A stretch of 64,000 bases of DNA, from the NCBI GenBank assembly GCA_973895155.1, contig OZ316891.1, forward strand, positions 13,547,037 through 13,611,036, read 5' to 3'. The DNA is from Marsupella aquatica. Lineage: Eukaryota > Plantae > Marchantiophyta. The translations under genes and the position numbers were made by a program. Shown in pieces: positions 13,399 to 25,300 of this stretch (the first letter of the stretch is position 1; every line of letters begins with the position of its first letter). Under the pieces are notes generated by a model. The model was not told the origin of the DNA and made no database searches. It was given only the letters and a program-made list of their open reading frames with translations.

Positions 13399-14140
13399 CC
13401 GTCTTCCCCCGAACACAACGCCCACGCGTTGTGTTTGAAAGTTGAATTTTTTTAGTCTTTGTAAGAAAAAGTGGTTTTAACTCGAACACAACGTCATTTT
13501 AACACAACGCCCAGGCGTTGTGTTTGAATAGGGTGTTGTGTTCAAATATGGCATTGTGTTTGAATGTTCAGGGTTGTGTTTGAGTTTTTCCTAATCTTGA
13601 CAACATTGAGCACAAAAAGTGCAAGTTCATGAATTACAATCAAAGCATAAGCAAAGTAAACAAAAAACTGTTGATAACCTTCACATCTTGACAACAATGC
13701 TAGGAGCAATTTCTGGAGCAATATTGCCCACACCCACTCAATTGAAATGACACTTGACAACTCTGCAACTAGTTACATCCATGTGCAAATGCAGTAGAAA
13801 TTAGAGAATAATTTCTAAGACGTTATTCTATTTTGTCTCACCAAATTTGGCCAGGGCTGAAATGGTCTGGAAGCATTAGCCTTTCATTCCTGCTTACACC
13901 CTAAATTCTATGCCTATCATTCTTGCTTACATCCTCAATTCATCACAATGCCTAAATTTGAACACAATGTCACAATTCAAACACAACTCCACAATTCAAA
14001 CACAACGTCACAAGGTAAAAAAATTCCAAAACATAGTGTCGAAACTCAAACACAACAGCCTGGACGCACTATTTGAATATAACGCCCCATGGCCCACTAT
14101 TTGAATATACTGTCTGGGTGCTGTGTTCGGGGGAAGACGG
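13399..14140. mobile_element. Non-autonomous Tc1/mariner-type DNA element (MITE), copy 2
   Basis: TA|CCGTCTTCCCCCGAACACA ... TGTGTTCGGGGGAAGACGG|TA: perfect 19-bp TIR, TA target-site duplication on both sides, 742 bp, no transposase ORF, subterminal AACACAA/TTGTGTT repeats. Confidence 0.92.
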
Positions 14141-14279
14141 TAGGACCGAGGTTAGTGCTTTCAGTTCTTGTTCAGCTTTGTGATGAAGTATCTGAGCTGC
14201 AACCTTGGGACTTAGAATACTGTTAATGACAAGATGTAATTCACTTAATTGGTTCTTCTTCAACTTATAGTTATGCAGA

Positions 14280-15500
14280 AGAACCAATACTTTTACAGCA
14301 AGCACTGGAAAGGATGTGTCATGAGCTAATGAGGCTGCAGTCCCAGGTCTTGTCTTTAGACTATAACAATACTGTAAATGCCATGTAATTGGCACAATTA
14401 TACTACATTCCCAACAAGACAAGCAAAAGAAACCAATGCTTTTACAGCAGTACTGTAAATGATATATAATCGGCTAGTCAGGCTACAGTTCCAAGTCTTG
14501 TCATTTGACTATTACAATACTGTAGATGACATGTCATTGGCACAATTACACTAGGGTCCCAACAGGACAAGCAGAAGAAACCAGCAATTTTCCAGCAGCA
14601 CTGTTATGGATGTGTTATCAGCTAATCAGGCTACAGTCCCAAGTCTTGTCATTAGACTATCAAAGTACTGTAAATGACACCAATATGGCACTATTTACAC
14701 TACTGTCCCAACACGACAAGCAGCAGAAACCAACACTTTCACAGCAGGACTGTAACGGATGTGTTATCAGCTAATCAGGCTACAGTCCCAAGTCTTGAAA
14801 TTAGACTATTAAAGTACTGTAAATGACACCAATATGGCACTATTTACACTACTGTCCCAACACGACAAGCAGCAGAAACCAACACTTTCACAACAGCACT
14901 GTAACGGGCTACAGTCCCAAGTCTTGTCATTAGACTATTACAGTACTCTAGATGACATGTAATTTGACAAAATTACACTACAGTCCCAACATGACAACCA
15001 AATAAACCAACACTTTTACAGCAGCACTGTAAAGGATGTGTAATCACATCATCACACTACAGTCCCAATAGTGAGAAGCAGAAGAAACCAATGTTCTTAC
15101 AGCAATGACATTGTAAGATGACGTGTAATTGGCATAAGCATAAACTGTACAGGATGTGTAATGACATCATCACAGTACAGTCCCAATCCTGAGAAGCAGC
15201 AGAAACCGGTGTTCTTTTAGAAATGACACTCTAAGATGACATGTAATTGGCGTAAGCATAAACTGTAAAGGATGTCTAATGACATCATCATACTACAGTC
15301 CCAATCTTGAGAAGCAGAAGAAACCAGTGTTCTTACAGAAATGACACTGTAAGATGACATGTAATCTGCGTAAGCGTAAACTGTAAAGGATGCGTAATGA
15401 CATCATCACACTACAGTCCCAATCGTGAGAAGCAGAAGAAACCGATGTTTTTACAGCACGGACACTGTAAGATGACGTGTAATCGGCGTAAGCGTTACAG
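14280..15500. repeat. Degenerate minisatellite array (~120 bp period, with TACAGTCCCA sub-repeats) directly upstream of pTAC10
   Basis: Repeated ctacagtccca / agcagaagaaacc / ctgtaa(a/g)gatg motifs, with near-identical adjacent copies at ~14610-14890 and ~15170-15490. Confidence 0.9.
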
Positions 15501-15831
15501 TCGACATGACAGGCAGCAGAAACCCTGCCTAAGAGATTAGAAGCAAGGAAAAGCAGAGTCCAGGGGTTTTGGGTTTAACCAAGCAAGAGAGGAACGAGGA
15601 GCACTCGAAGAGCTCTTGATCGGTGACAAACACTACTCTGTCTCCCACGGCGTCGGCATCAGAAGCTTGCATTGATGATTCATAGCCGAATTCCGAGGTG
15701 AATTTGACCGATATTGTTTTCCGCAGCATTGCCAGCACTGGACTGATGAGCGGATCACTAGCTTGACATGCTTCGTGGAGTAATCTCCGCTTGCTCTTCA
15801 TGAATTTTCGGTTGGAGCTGCAGAAGACGAG

Positions 15832-18800
15832 ATGATGGCTCTGGCGGCGATGGCGTCGCCCATGCCCATTTGTTGGAGTGGGGGAATCGGCGCGAAGAGC
15901 AACGCCTGGATTGGCGTGGCTGTGGCTGGCCGAGCGCGTCGGCTCGGGCTCGGGCTCGGGCCCATGTTCGGAGTTCGAGTGGTACAGAGGCGGGCGAAGG
16001 AGAGGTGGAGTAAGGGAGGCAGAAGAAATTGGCGTCCAGTTGCTTCAAGCTTGGAGCCCGATGATCTCGATATTTCTGTTGAGGGTAACGCTTATGAGGA
16101 GAAAGAAACGGAGGAAGAAGCAAGGACACGCAATTGGAAGGAGAGGGGCTGGGCTCCGTGGGAAGAGCTCCGTACTCCGGAGGCACAATTTGCAATAGAC
16201 AGCTTGGAAGACGGCGAGGAGGAACCCGTTATACCATGGGAAGATTTTCAGAAGTTGAACCGAAAGGAGTATGCAGAGAAGTTGGAGAAGCAGTTGGAGG
16301 AAGAGGCCCAGAAGGAAGAGGAGGAACGGGTGAAGTCATCCAAGTTTGAAGGTAGCCTCTGGGAGCGACCCCTAGTGTTCACACTGACTCCTCCCCGAGA
16401 CTGGCCACCTCCCGGTTGGAAGGTAGATGCGAAAGAGCTTGCTTATATTCGAGAAGCACACACTTTAGTAAGTAAGGAAGTAACTCCACAGGAGCTGGAG
16501 GAAAGTAACTTGCAACCGGAGGGAGCAGCAGTTGCTATGCCCCGTTGGGAGATGTTCTTGAAGCAATACGATGAATGGGTAGCTGCCAACACAGATACTC
16601 TGGAGCGAGAAGCCCTAGAGGTCAGTTGATAGTTGCTTCAGTTCCAGTTTCCTTCTGTAGGGAAAAATCTGAACTTGACGGTAATTAAATGCTGCTTTAT
16701 CTTTTATTTGATCCAAGTGACAGGTTGGTAGCGCAATTTCCTAGATTTTCATTAAGTACAAATCCTTTGATGGAAAATAGCCATGTAGCCAGTTGAATAC
16801 CACATATGTGATGTTTGTAACTGTGCTTTGAGACGTTAGACCTGGACCTGTAAAGGTGGATGCAGAATACTATGCTGGAAGAAGACGTACGGGTGCGGAG
16901 TACAAGGAGGGCATGGTATGCACTCATTTGCAACTTAAAGTTGAACCATTGATCTATTGTGGATGTTAATCTATCATGGGTCCGTTCATGCATCATCAGA
17001 TGTTTCTTGTCCTTTTAGTCGTTCTGACTCGATATGTCTGTCTTTATAAGCTAAAGAAATGGATGATTTTAAAACGTGGGCCCCTACTGGTGGCGTGAAT
17101 ACTCAGTCACCCATGAAAACTGAAGGCCACCGTGAGCATCACATCACATGTCTGCTGTATTTAAGTTTTAACTGCCTTGTAATTCACAATTTATTAGTGT
17201 CACGGGAACTTAAACTCTTTGCTATTATTCGTCAGCGTAGTCCTAATTTCTGGTGGTGGTGGTTTGACGTGGTCTTGTTGCTTCAGTATGAATTACCATT
17301 CATATATCCTGGTCAGGTACATCAATTTCCTTGCCTTGGATCCTAAGCCGATTGAGCTAGTTTTCTCCTCGCAGCTGTTTTAGTTCATAATCACCGAACT
17401 TATTGTAACCGTACAACTCTAAGTTTTTGTTAAGTTGAGAGGATTTCAGTTAGCTGAAAGGTCCTGAACATGCATATTTCCTGTTTATATGCTAATGTGA
17501 CGGTGGGCATAAATCCATTTCAGCTTCTCAAGATTGTGGATTTGTTTTGACAGCATTATTGGGGAGTTGTTACTTATGTCAGTCTTTACGAAGGAGCTTT
17601 TGTATACTTTGGTGGTGTGCATGATGGGTGAGCTTGTTCAATGCTCAGTTGACTTAGCGTTCTTATTACATAGTTGCTCTTTTTCGTTCATCCTCGAAAT
17701 GTATCTGTAGGGGGTGCAAGAAATCGCAATTTCTGAATACACCTTCATTAGAGGTGTCTTTGAATTGATATGAAGGCCTTCATAGCTTTCCTGAGGTCAG
17801 ATTTATAAATAAATAATGGGATCCGTGAACATACTTGAATGTTTTGTTTTTCAGGTGGGTTCCTATAATGGACAATGACTGGTATGAAATTCGGAAGCAT
17901 ATCAAAGTGGACATGAGGGTACACGTCGAAGTAGTGGTGAATATCCAAACCGTTTAAATGGTCTCAAATGAGTTTCTGAAAAATGTAGATTGAAGAAACT
18001 CAAATGTAATGAATTTTGATAACCTAAGCGTACACCTGTCGCTCAACTCATGATGTTCTATGCATGATCTTGCAGGCCAAAAGGGACCCATATCGGTTTA
18101 GGTTTCCTGTCGAACTGCGTTTTGTAGATCCCAACATTGATCATCTCATGTAAGATCTCGAAGACTAAAGATGTTCATTGATCTCGATAGGGTTACCATG
18201 GCAGAGGATTATTTCTCTTCAGATTCTTTACTTTTGGAGTAATTGTCCCGTATGAAAATATTTCTTATAAAACCGTTTAACTACAGATTTAGACGATTCA
18301 AGCATCCTCCTATTTTTGGGCGCAAGGAAGATCTAAATCTTGACGAAGTGGCGGTATCCGTCTATCTTTAGAACTCTTGTCAAATTTCTGTTCTGCTTTG
18401 ACAAAGTATGCCATTATAATCAACTCGGAGTAGTGATTAAGAGAGACCTCTTTCAGAAGAGTCTGCTGATCTATGTTTTTACTTGGAGTACTGATTGATA
18501 GATCTTTGATAGGCTTCGAACCTCCAAATGTACACACTGGTGCAGTCGAATTGAAGTTTTGGTGGTAAACGTGCTCATTATTGTTTCATACCAAAAGTGT
18601 CTGACACGGGTTCTTTTTGGGCAGCGAGAATCTAACAGGCCTTACTATCCAAAGTTACGGCCAGAGCTGGAGCCTGGAGAAGAAGAGACTGAGGCTCCAG
18701 TTCATCCCTATGTTAAAAGGGTAAGTACATTATGGTCTGTTTCAGTTCTTTGAAGGGTTAGTGCCCTTCCACATGTTGTTCTGGTTCACGGTTTTTACAA

Positions 18801-21235
18801 ATGAAGTCTGTTACTTCCCACTGATTGGCATTGTTTCTGAGTTTTTGCAGCTTTGGATGGTACATGAGGCAGAGCAGATGGTTTTGGAAGATGAGGAAGG
18901 TGACGATGATGACGAGGAGTGGGAGGAGTGGGCAACAACTGAGGAAGACGATCCCACAGGGGAGTGGGCGAATGAGCCAGGAATACTTCACGAAATAGAG
19001 GACTTGCAGGTTCCTACAATTGTTCTGGTATGTTAGGATCAAGCTGGTGACGATTTCTTGAACCTTGATTAGCTACCTTCTACCTTCCATCCTTGACAAC
19101 AGTTTTCGTAGTACTGATATTTTTATTGTGGTTTGCATGTGACCTTGAACAGCACGTAGATGAAAAATATCTGGATCTTGAGGCAGCCGGTGCCGAAAGA
19201 GAGGTAACGCTTTTCCTATGTCCCATTTAGCTGGCTACTATTGCAGAGTGTGCCTTGTTGGGTTGTCATCTGAACGGTGAAAATATTGTATTTCTATTAT
19301 GTTAGCACGGTTGCGAAGTTTTGAAACCGGTTTGCCAAGAAATGAAAAATTGGATCTGAAGGAGGCCTAACTGCTAGCAATGCAAGACATAAACATTTCT
19401 CATTATTACGAGGTGTTATTGGTCACGCAGTCATGTTTCTAGCCACTTAAGATTGGGCATTAACTGTCCATTTGTTTCAAATCAGCTCCCCCTTTCTTTC
19501 TAATTCGATTTAACTAAATCAAGGTATTGTTCAGTGGCTCAATCTGGGTTAGCATCGTTTGATCCTGCGATTCTAACTTAAACGACATACCCCAAACAGT
19601 AGAGGTATAGGGTTTAGGGTGCTGATCAGAAGCTCCACACTACCTTGCAATTAGTCAGAGAGGGCGAAAACCCACTACATGGATACACGTACACAATACC
19701 AGTAGCTTGGTCCCGATTTCTCCGGGGGACTTTCCATGAGTTAAGGCTACTGCTCACATCAGGACTCCAGGGCCGGAGTATCTTGTCCCGAGTTGACCCT
19801 GGAAATTTTGAAAAATACAACTACAGATTTCTGTGTAGGAGATTAGAGCTGGAGTGTCCTGAGCTGCCATATGCTGAGTGCGAAAGTGGCAAATGACTCA
19901 CAGGTGATTGCGCACTAACCAACAGGTGTGCTTTAGATGGGCCCGTGACTTAGGAGAGACAATAACCTGCAGAAATGCGACTTTCAGAAATAGCCAGCAA
20001 AGACTCTGTAACGAATACACAGAGCCGTCTAAATATCTATTAAAGTTGGAAGAAAAAACTAACGATTCGATTTTCGTTTCTGGAACGCTGTCGTTAGTTA
20101 GGTTGTACCTCCTGATGTTGAAGGTGTATGTAAAATTTATTGTGCCACGCAGGTTTTCAAAAAGTTGCGTGCAGAGTCAGAAGCAAAAGGAGAGATTTTC
20201 GAACGGCCTGAGGGTCGATTTGAGAGGAGGGTCAAAGAGTTAAATGATGCACATCAACAGCGCTGGACCGAACAGAATCATGCTTTAATTCGCGACAGGA
20301 CATGGTACAACTCTAATTCCTCTGTGAACAATTTCTGGCCATACTGGCTTGTAAAACGATGTGAGTATTGACTAGCAAGTGAAGGAACTGAAGAGTTACT
20401 GAATCGAACCTACGGGGGAGAGGTTTCGTACATGCATATTTACGGTGTTGCTGCCTACTCAAGGTGACTTTGCTAGGTGAATGATATTGTATAAGGAACT
20501 ATACTATTGCTTGCCAGTGATGGATTGTGAAGAAGTAAACATGTGGCCCCTGGATCTGTAATGCACAGTCGTCTTGAGCTTGGACTTCCACTTGAAGAGC
20601 CGGGGCGCTATGCAGACAAGTCTTTCTGGGGTAAAAATCCATATGACCCACGGGAGCCTCAATGGCGACACGACTACTGGGGTGATCCAGAAACTATCAA
20701 GGAGGATTTTAGGAAAGACAGAGAACCCCGAGCTAGACCTGAAGAGCCAGCTGAGGCCGAAGACGATTTGCTTGATGACCTCGATGGAGATATTACGATG
20801 GTAAGAGAAGAAGGGGTAGATTTAGTAAAGGAGAGGGGATTTATCTACGATGACCCAGATGCAAGGATTATTTTGGGGGAGCCTGAGGATAGAGGAGCAG
20901 TCAACGGAACAGCAGCTAAGAGTCTCACCAATGTGAGAGGCGTTGTCGATATTGCCGAGGTATCTTCAATTTCTGCTGTCCCAGTGGTTCCAGAACCGAA
21001 TAGAATTGTAGCTGTCATTGGTTTCTTACGACATTCTTCTTCATTTCCTGTGATCTGCACTGGTGGAAATGGTATGGACCAAGTGGAGGCTTTCTCCGGG
21101 AGATTTTGGGTGCCTAAGCAGGGTTCCTCTTGATCGAAATTGCAGGGTGACTGGAACTTCGTGGATGACAGCGAATCAGAGGACGTCGAAGGAGACTCTG
21201 GAGCTGGCGATGAGCCAACAAATGCTGAGAAGTAG
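15832..21235 (+). CDS. PTAC10: PLASTID TRANSCRIPTIONALLY ACTIVE 10 (pTAC10/PAP3/PDE312), S1-domain subunit associated with the plastid-encoded RNA polymerase
   Basis: Exons 15832-16620, 16856-16915, 17287-17316, 17554-17627, 17855-17936, 18076-18149, 18287-18353, 18625-18720, 18851-19027, 19153-19203, 20153-20304, 20569-20959 and 21146-21235, all GT-AG and in frame. Recognised motifs: PPRDWPPPGW, YYAGRRR..YKEGMYELPFIYPG, GGVHDGWVP, AKRDPYRFRFPVELRFVDPNIDHLIF, LGLPLEEPGRY, WRHDYWG. The N-terminus resembles a transit peptide. The last exon is the least certain. Confidence 0.93.
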
Positions 21236-22479
21236 TGCTTATGTAATTTTCTGATATTGTTTTGCTGCCACTGCCACTGCCATTGTAGCGGGCGAAGTTG
21301 AGATCGTTTTTGTTCTTTCTTTATCTGCATCTGCAGTACTGTGTCAGTTATTAACGTCTCGGGAGAACTAAACATGTTATAGTGACTGAAATGGTACTAC
21401 AGGTGCATAGTTAGTAGGACCATTTCTGTAAAATTAGCAGAAATAGGGTATCCAATATGGGCATTGTTCATTTCGCCCCACATTGTGGTCGGCCGTATTT
21501 GACAATCATAGGAGACCTTTTAAGTTGTGATAAGCGTGTGTTGGGTCTCGTTGCCGATGGTGGCAGTTGTTTGAGGCGAGAGTTGTCTGGTTTTGTACTT
21601 TTAGTGACGAGCCAGATGCTCTCAATTGACCAGACCTGCATAGTTTGGAGGGAAATAAGTCCTTAGATTTTGTCATTTAGCTCCTTTAGTGTAAGTCAGA
21701 AGTTCAAACAGAGTTGCAATTATTTCCCTCTGCAGCTCTCCCAAAGTGGAGTGGAATTGCGTAAGTCTTCAATTCAACCTAGTTGAGGTGAACTCCTCAT
21801 TTGAACAGCACTGTTGGTGTGATTCCCAGATCAAGGCTCGGAACAGAGTTCAATAAAATGCTGAGTTCCTGTCAGTTGCACAGGCTGGTGTCCCGTCGTG
21901 CATGTTTTTCTATTGCGAGCGAACACACAAGTAGTATGCATTAAGGTCTTTTAATGCTGCTAAATTGGGGGCCTGTTTATAGATCTTATAAATTCTTCGA
22001 TTTTAATTGTGTATTCTTATCTTATGAGCAGGCAGCCTGTCATGATGTACAGAGAATCTTCTCCACGACGGCTATTTCTGTGTTGTTTGCCAACGGAGGA
22101 GCCTTGCTCACCATTTCATCCCAATACATTGACGTTCAAATGTCAAAGGGAAGGTGCTCTTCACCGTGCAGCACAAGTCAGTATTCCACATCGGTTCCTG
22201 GATCATAACGGGAAAGTACCGTTCAATGGGATTATAGTCACAATTCAGGTCAATTCGTTTGGATGAAGGGTGATTTCCCTCAAGCTAACGTAATCGTTTC
22301 ACTTGGAAGTAAAGCTTTGAAACAGATCATTCGGTTTAATGGGGAATGTCTTCATATCCGTGTCTTCATATCTGATATTGATTGATGCCTCTGTTTTGAA
22401 CGTTCCAAGATGTTAACAGTTGTCTTACTTGTCGTTACCATGCCATGGACAGCGTTGGTGATCATTGGGATGTACAGGA

Positions 22480-25300
22480 ACTTGCCTAAATCCGTGTTGA
22501 AAAATCAAGAGAATTTAAGGACATTTAGTGTTAATTGAAAGATTTCCTGGGCCAGAAGGGCTCTGCAGTCAGATACGAGGAGTCACGTGGTGCACCACAG
22601 GACAGCTGAAATCTTCTCTGAGATTTTCAGTTCTGCTGCAACATCTTTATTAATTCTACTATCCCAATCAATTGCCATACTACAGTCTGTCATAGACGAG
22701 GTGCTCTTAAAAAACTTCCCCTCAGGACAACTTGGATAACTAGGAAAATTTGGTGGTCTGAGCATTTGGTCAAAATCTTACCTTCAGTGACAAATCGTGG
22801 CTGACTACAGCACAAACTGATAATTGGCCTCAAAAGGGTCTCTTTGTTAGGATCATGTGAATTTTGGGGTGTCCGCTCTCTTAGTGGGACGGCCTTCACG
22901 AGAAGTTGGGGGTAGTTGTGGCTTTTGTTCACCAACGCGAACTGGAAGGCCACTTCTTGTTCTAAAGGCAGACTCCAGACCAGATGTTTTCAAATGAAGT
23001 TCAATAAATGCAAACCATTGAATGACTCAGTCACAGTTTTAAATTGTTTGCACCACCTCTGGAGTTGATCGAAAATTCTATACAAAGCAAGGACTCCACA
23101 GCAGCATTTCGTTGGGCCAATTGCTGGCTATGTTGGATCTGTTAACACTGAATGGGCCCTTGAGTTCTTGATTAAGGTAATTTCATGATCAAACGGCATT
23201 TTGGGATATAGTGCCCCCAAAACAAAGGCTTTAGCTGAAGTCTGAAGGGACATTATGGTCCACAATGCCTGTAACCAGGTCAAAGGGCATTGTGGGATCT
23301 AGTGCCCCCCAAACAAGGGCTTTAGCACAAGTGTGAAGGGACATGACGGCCATTATGGCCCACAATGCCTGTATTCAGAACGTTAAGTTATGTAAAAACT
23401 TGAACTTGTCTTGGAAAGAACTCAAAAAGCTAAAATCCCTGGAGTTAAGGCCATTCCATAGTGTGCAAAGAAAGAAGAGGTTGAAATTGCCATGATTTTA
23501 GTCATTTTTGTTTTATATGGTTACACTTGTGTACTTTGAGCTACATATGCCTAGGGTGACGGGTCAAAGTATTATTCACTCCTCAAAGCAAGGTGTGCAT
23601 TGTAGAAAGTAATGCTGTCAAAAATACAAAGTCAAAACTCAGGGAAGTCGTTACCCAAAGTCAACTGCAACAGTCTCCACTCATTATACAGTGCAATTTA
23701 ATCTCAAAGAGGGAATAGAAAGAAACAATGGGGGTCCCCATGTCTTGGAAAGCCACCCTCATCAATCCTGGAAATGGTAGGTCACCTTGAGGGGAGGAGT
23801 AATAGATGGCAATACTAGAAGCTCCTCAATTTGACACTCAAAGTCCAGAGATTCCCCCCAATTCTACGTAATCTGGACATGAACTCCCCAATGCACTCCC
23901 TCGGAATCCCTTTCAAGTTCTGCTGCATTGTTTTGTCTTGTGCTCTAAGCCCATCTTGGAGACTTCTGAAGTGGTGCAGACTATCTTATGGGGAATTCTC
24001 CCTCTACAAAAGAGATTTCAAGGAGCTCAAAATCTTGTCAGTTTTGCTGCTAGTGAGACTGAATGGGATTGAATTAGTGATGAATTCAGCCTAACATACA
24101 CTCTAAATCCTTCTATCCAACAAGCAGGTACTTGGAGATGAGTATAAAATTGATATACTCTTGTGAGTCCAAGATCAGGAAACCGTGGGTTTTGCAAATG
24201 ATCAGAAGCCTCCAAGACATATTGAACCCTTAAAAATGAACTCTACCACATGAATATCTAAATTTTGCATAATTACAGATATAGAATGTTGAGTACACAT
24301 ATTAAAGGAGCATCAATGTTTGAAATTTAAGATAACTAGGGACTGTGCATTGTTGTGCAAGGAGCATTGAGTACTCAGTTTCTGTTTACTTTAGGGGCTG
24401 TCATTTTATGTCTATATACAACTATACTGAAAACAATGCTCAAATAGTAGTATTCAAGGTTCCCCAACACAGCCAGGAGACAATCATGGAGACGACAGTG
24501 TATGATTGTACGAAAACAACACTCGAGGAAAGTCCTAAACAGTATTACTGGAGCGCACTTAAAATATTTGCTGAGATTCCATATGTGTTGCAATGCCCAT
24601 TTGAGCATTTTGGACAACATTGGATGCTCAGAGGTTTCTTTTCCAAGTACTGCTATGTACCTTAAAATATATTATCATTACTTTTATTCTAACCCCTAGC
24701 TTCACATTGTGTACTCAATTGAAAGTTACATATTGACACATCATGTAATTTCTATTTCTTTCAATAGTTTACAATTTAATATGAAGATGGGTTACCATGC
24801 CCAGGGGTTTTACATGACATGAATCAATTGTTCTGGACTGAGTACTTGGAAGAGAGTAATGATGTTTTGCTTGATTCAAAGCTTTTTGCCCCAGGTTTTT
24901 GCCTCGTGGAAGCTCAGATGCACAAACTGCTGTAATACTATCCATAACAAGTGACAAGTTCACAACGTCATGAGAGGATATGCCCCTATTGGTTCCTTCT
25001 TCTTCATCTTATGTGACCACCCAAGGAAACTGTCTTTCACAGCTCATAGAAGACTATGTCAGCTAGTATCTCAAGGTGATGGATCGCCTCCAACCTCATA
25101 TTGGCTAGACACACGCCGCACCAAAAACGAGTTAGGCAATCTCTTCAAGACCATGGCATCTCTAACTTTACCTTGCCAATCACAATGGAGGGTGATATAC
25201 TACATTTTTACAATAACAAAAGATGTGTGTCTGGTGGGTGGAACATATGACGTACCTAAGGATACGTCCCTCTTCAAGATACCCATAACTTGTTAACTTA
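22480..25300 (-). mobile_element. Highly degenerate non-LTR (LINE/L1-like) retrotransposon remnant
   Basis: Minus-strand fragments resemble LINE ORF2 motifs in the expected order: endonuclease-like RLEAIHHLEILAD (~25090), LPRGKNLG resembling the KSPGPDG motif (~24900), FQDMGTP resembling KYLG-P (~23740). All frames are broken and limits are approximate. Confidence 0.4.

Noticed and set aside
18354-18624. Possible U12-type intron in pTAC10 (donor GTATCCGT)
   Set aside because: The donor departs from GTATCCTT and there is no CCTTAAC branch site near the acceptor.
19645-20243. ORFs inside pTAC10 intron 10, next to a telo-box-like TAGGGTTTAGGG
   Set aside because: Non-ATG starts, no domain similarity, and no clear snoRNA box pair that I could confirm.
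20960-21133. Continuation of pTAC10 exon 12 to the stop at 21133
   Set aside because: A GT donor at 20960 and a TGCAG acceptor at 21145 give an in-frame acidic terminal exon, which is the better model. Intron retention is not excluded.
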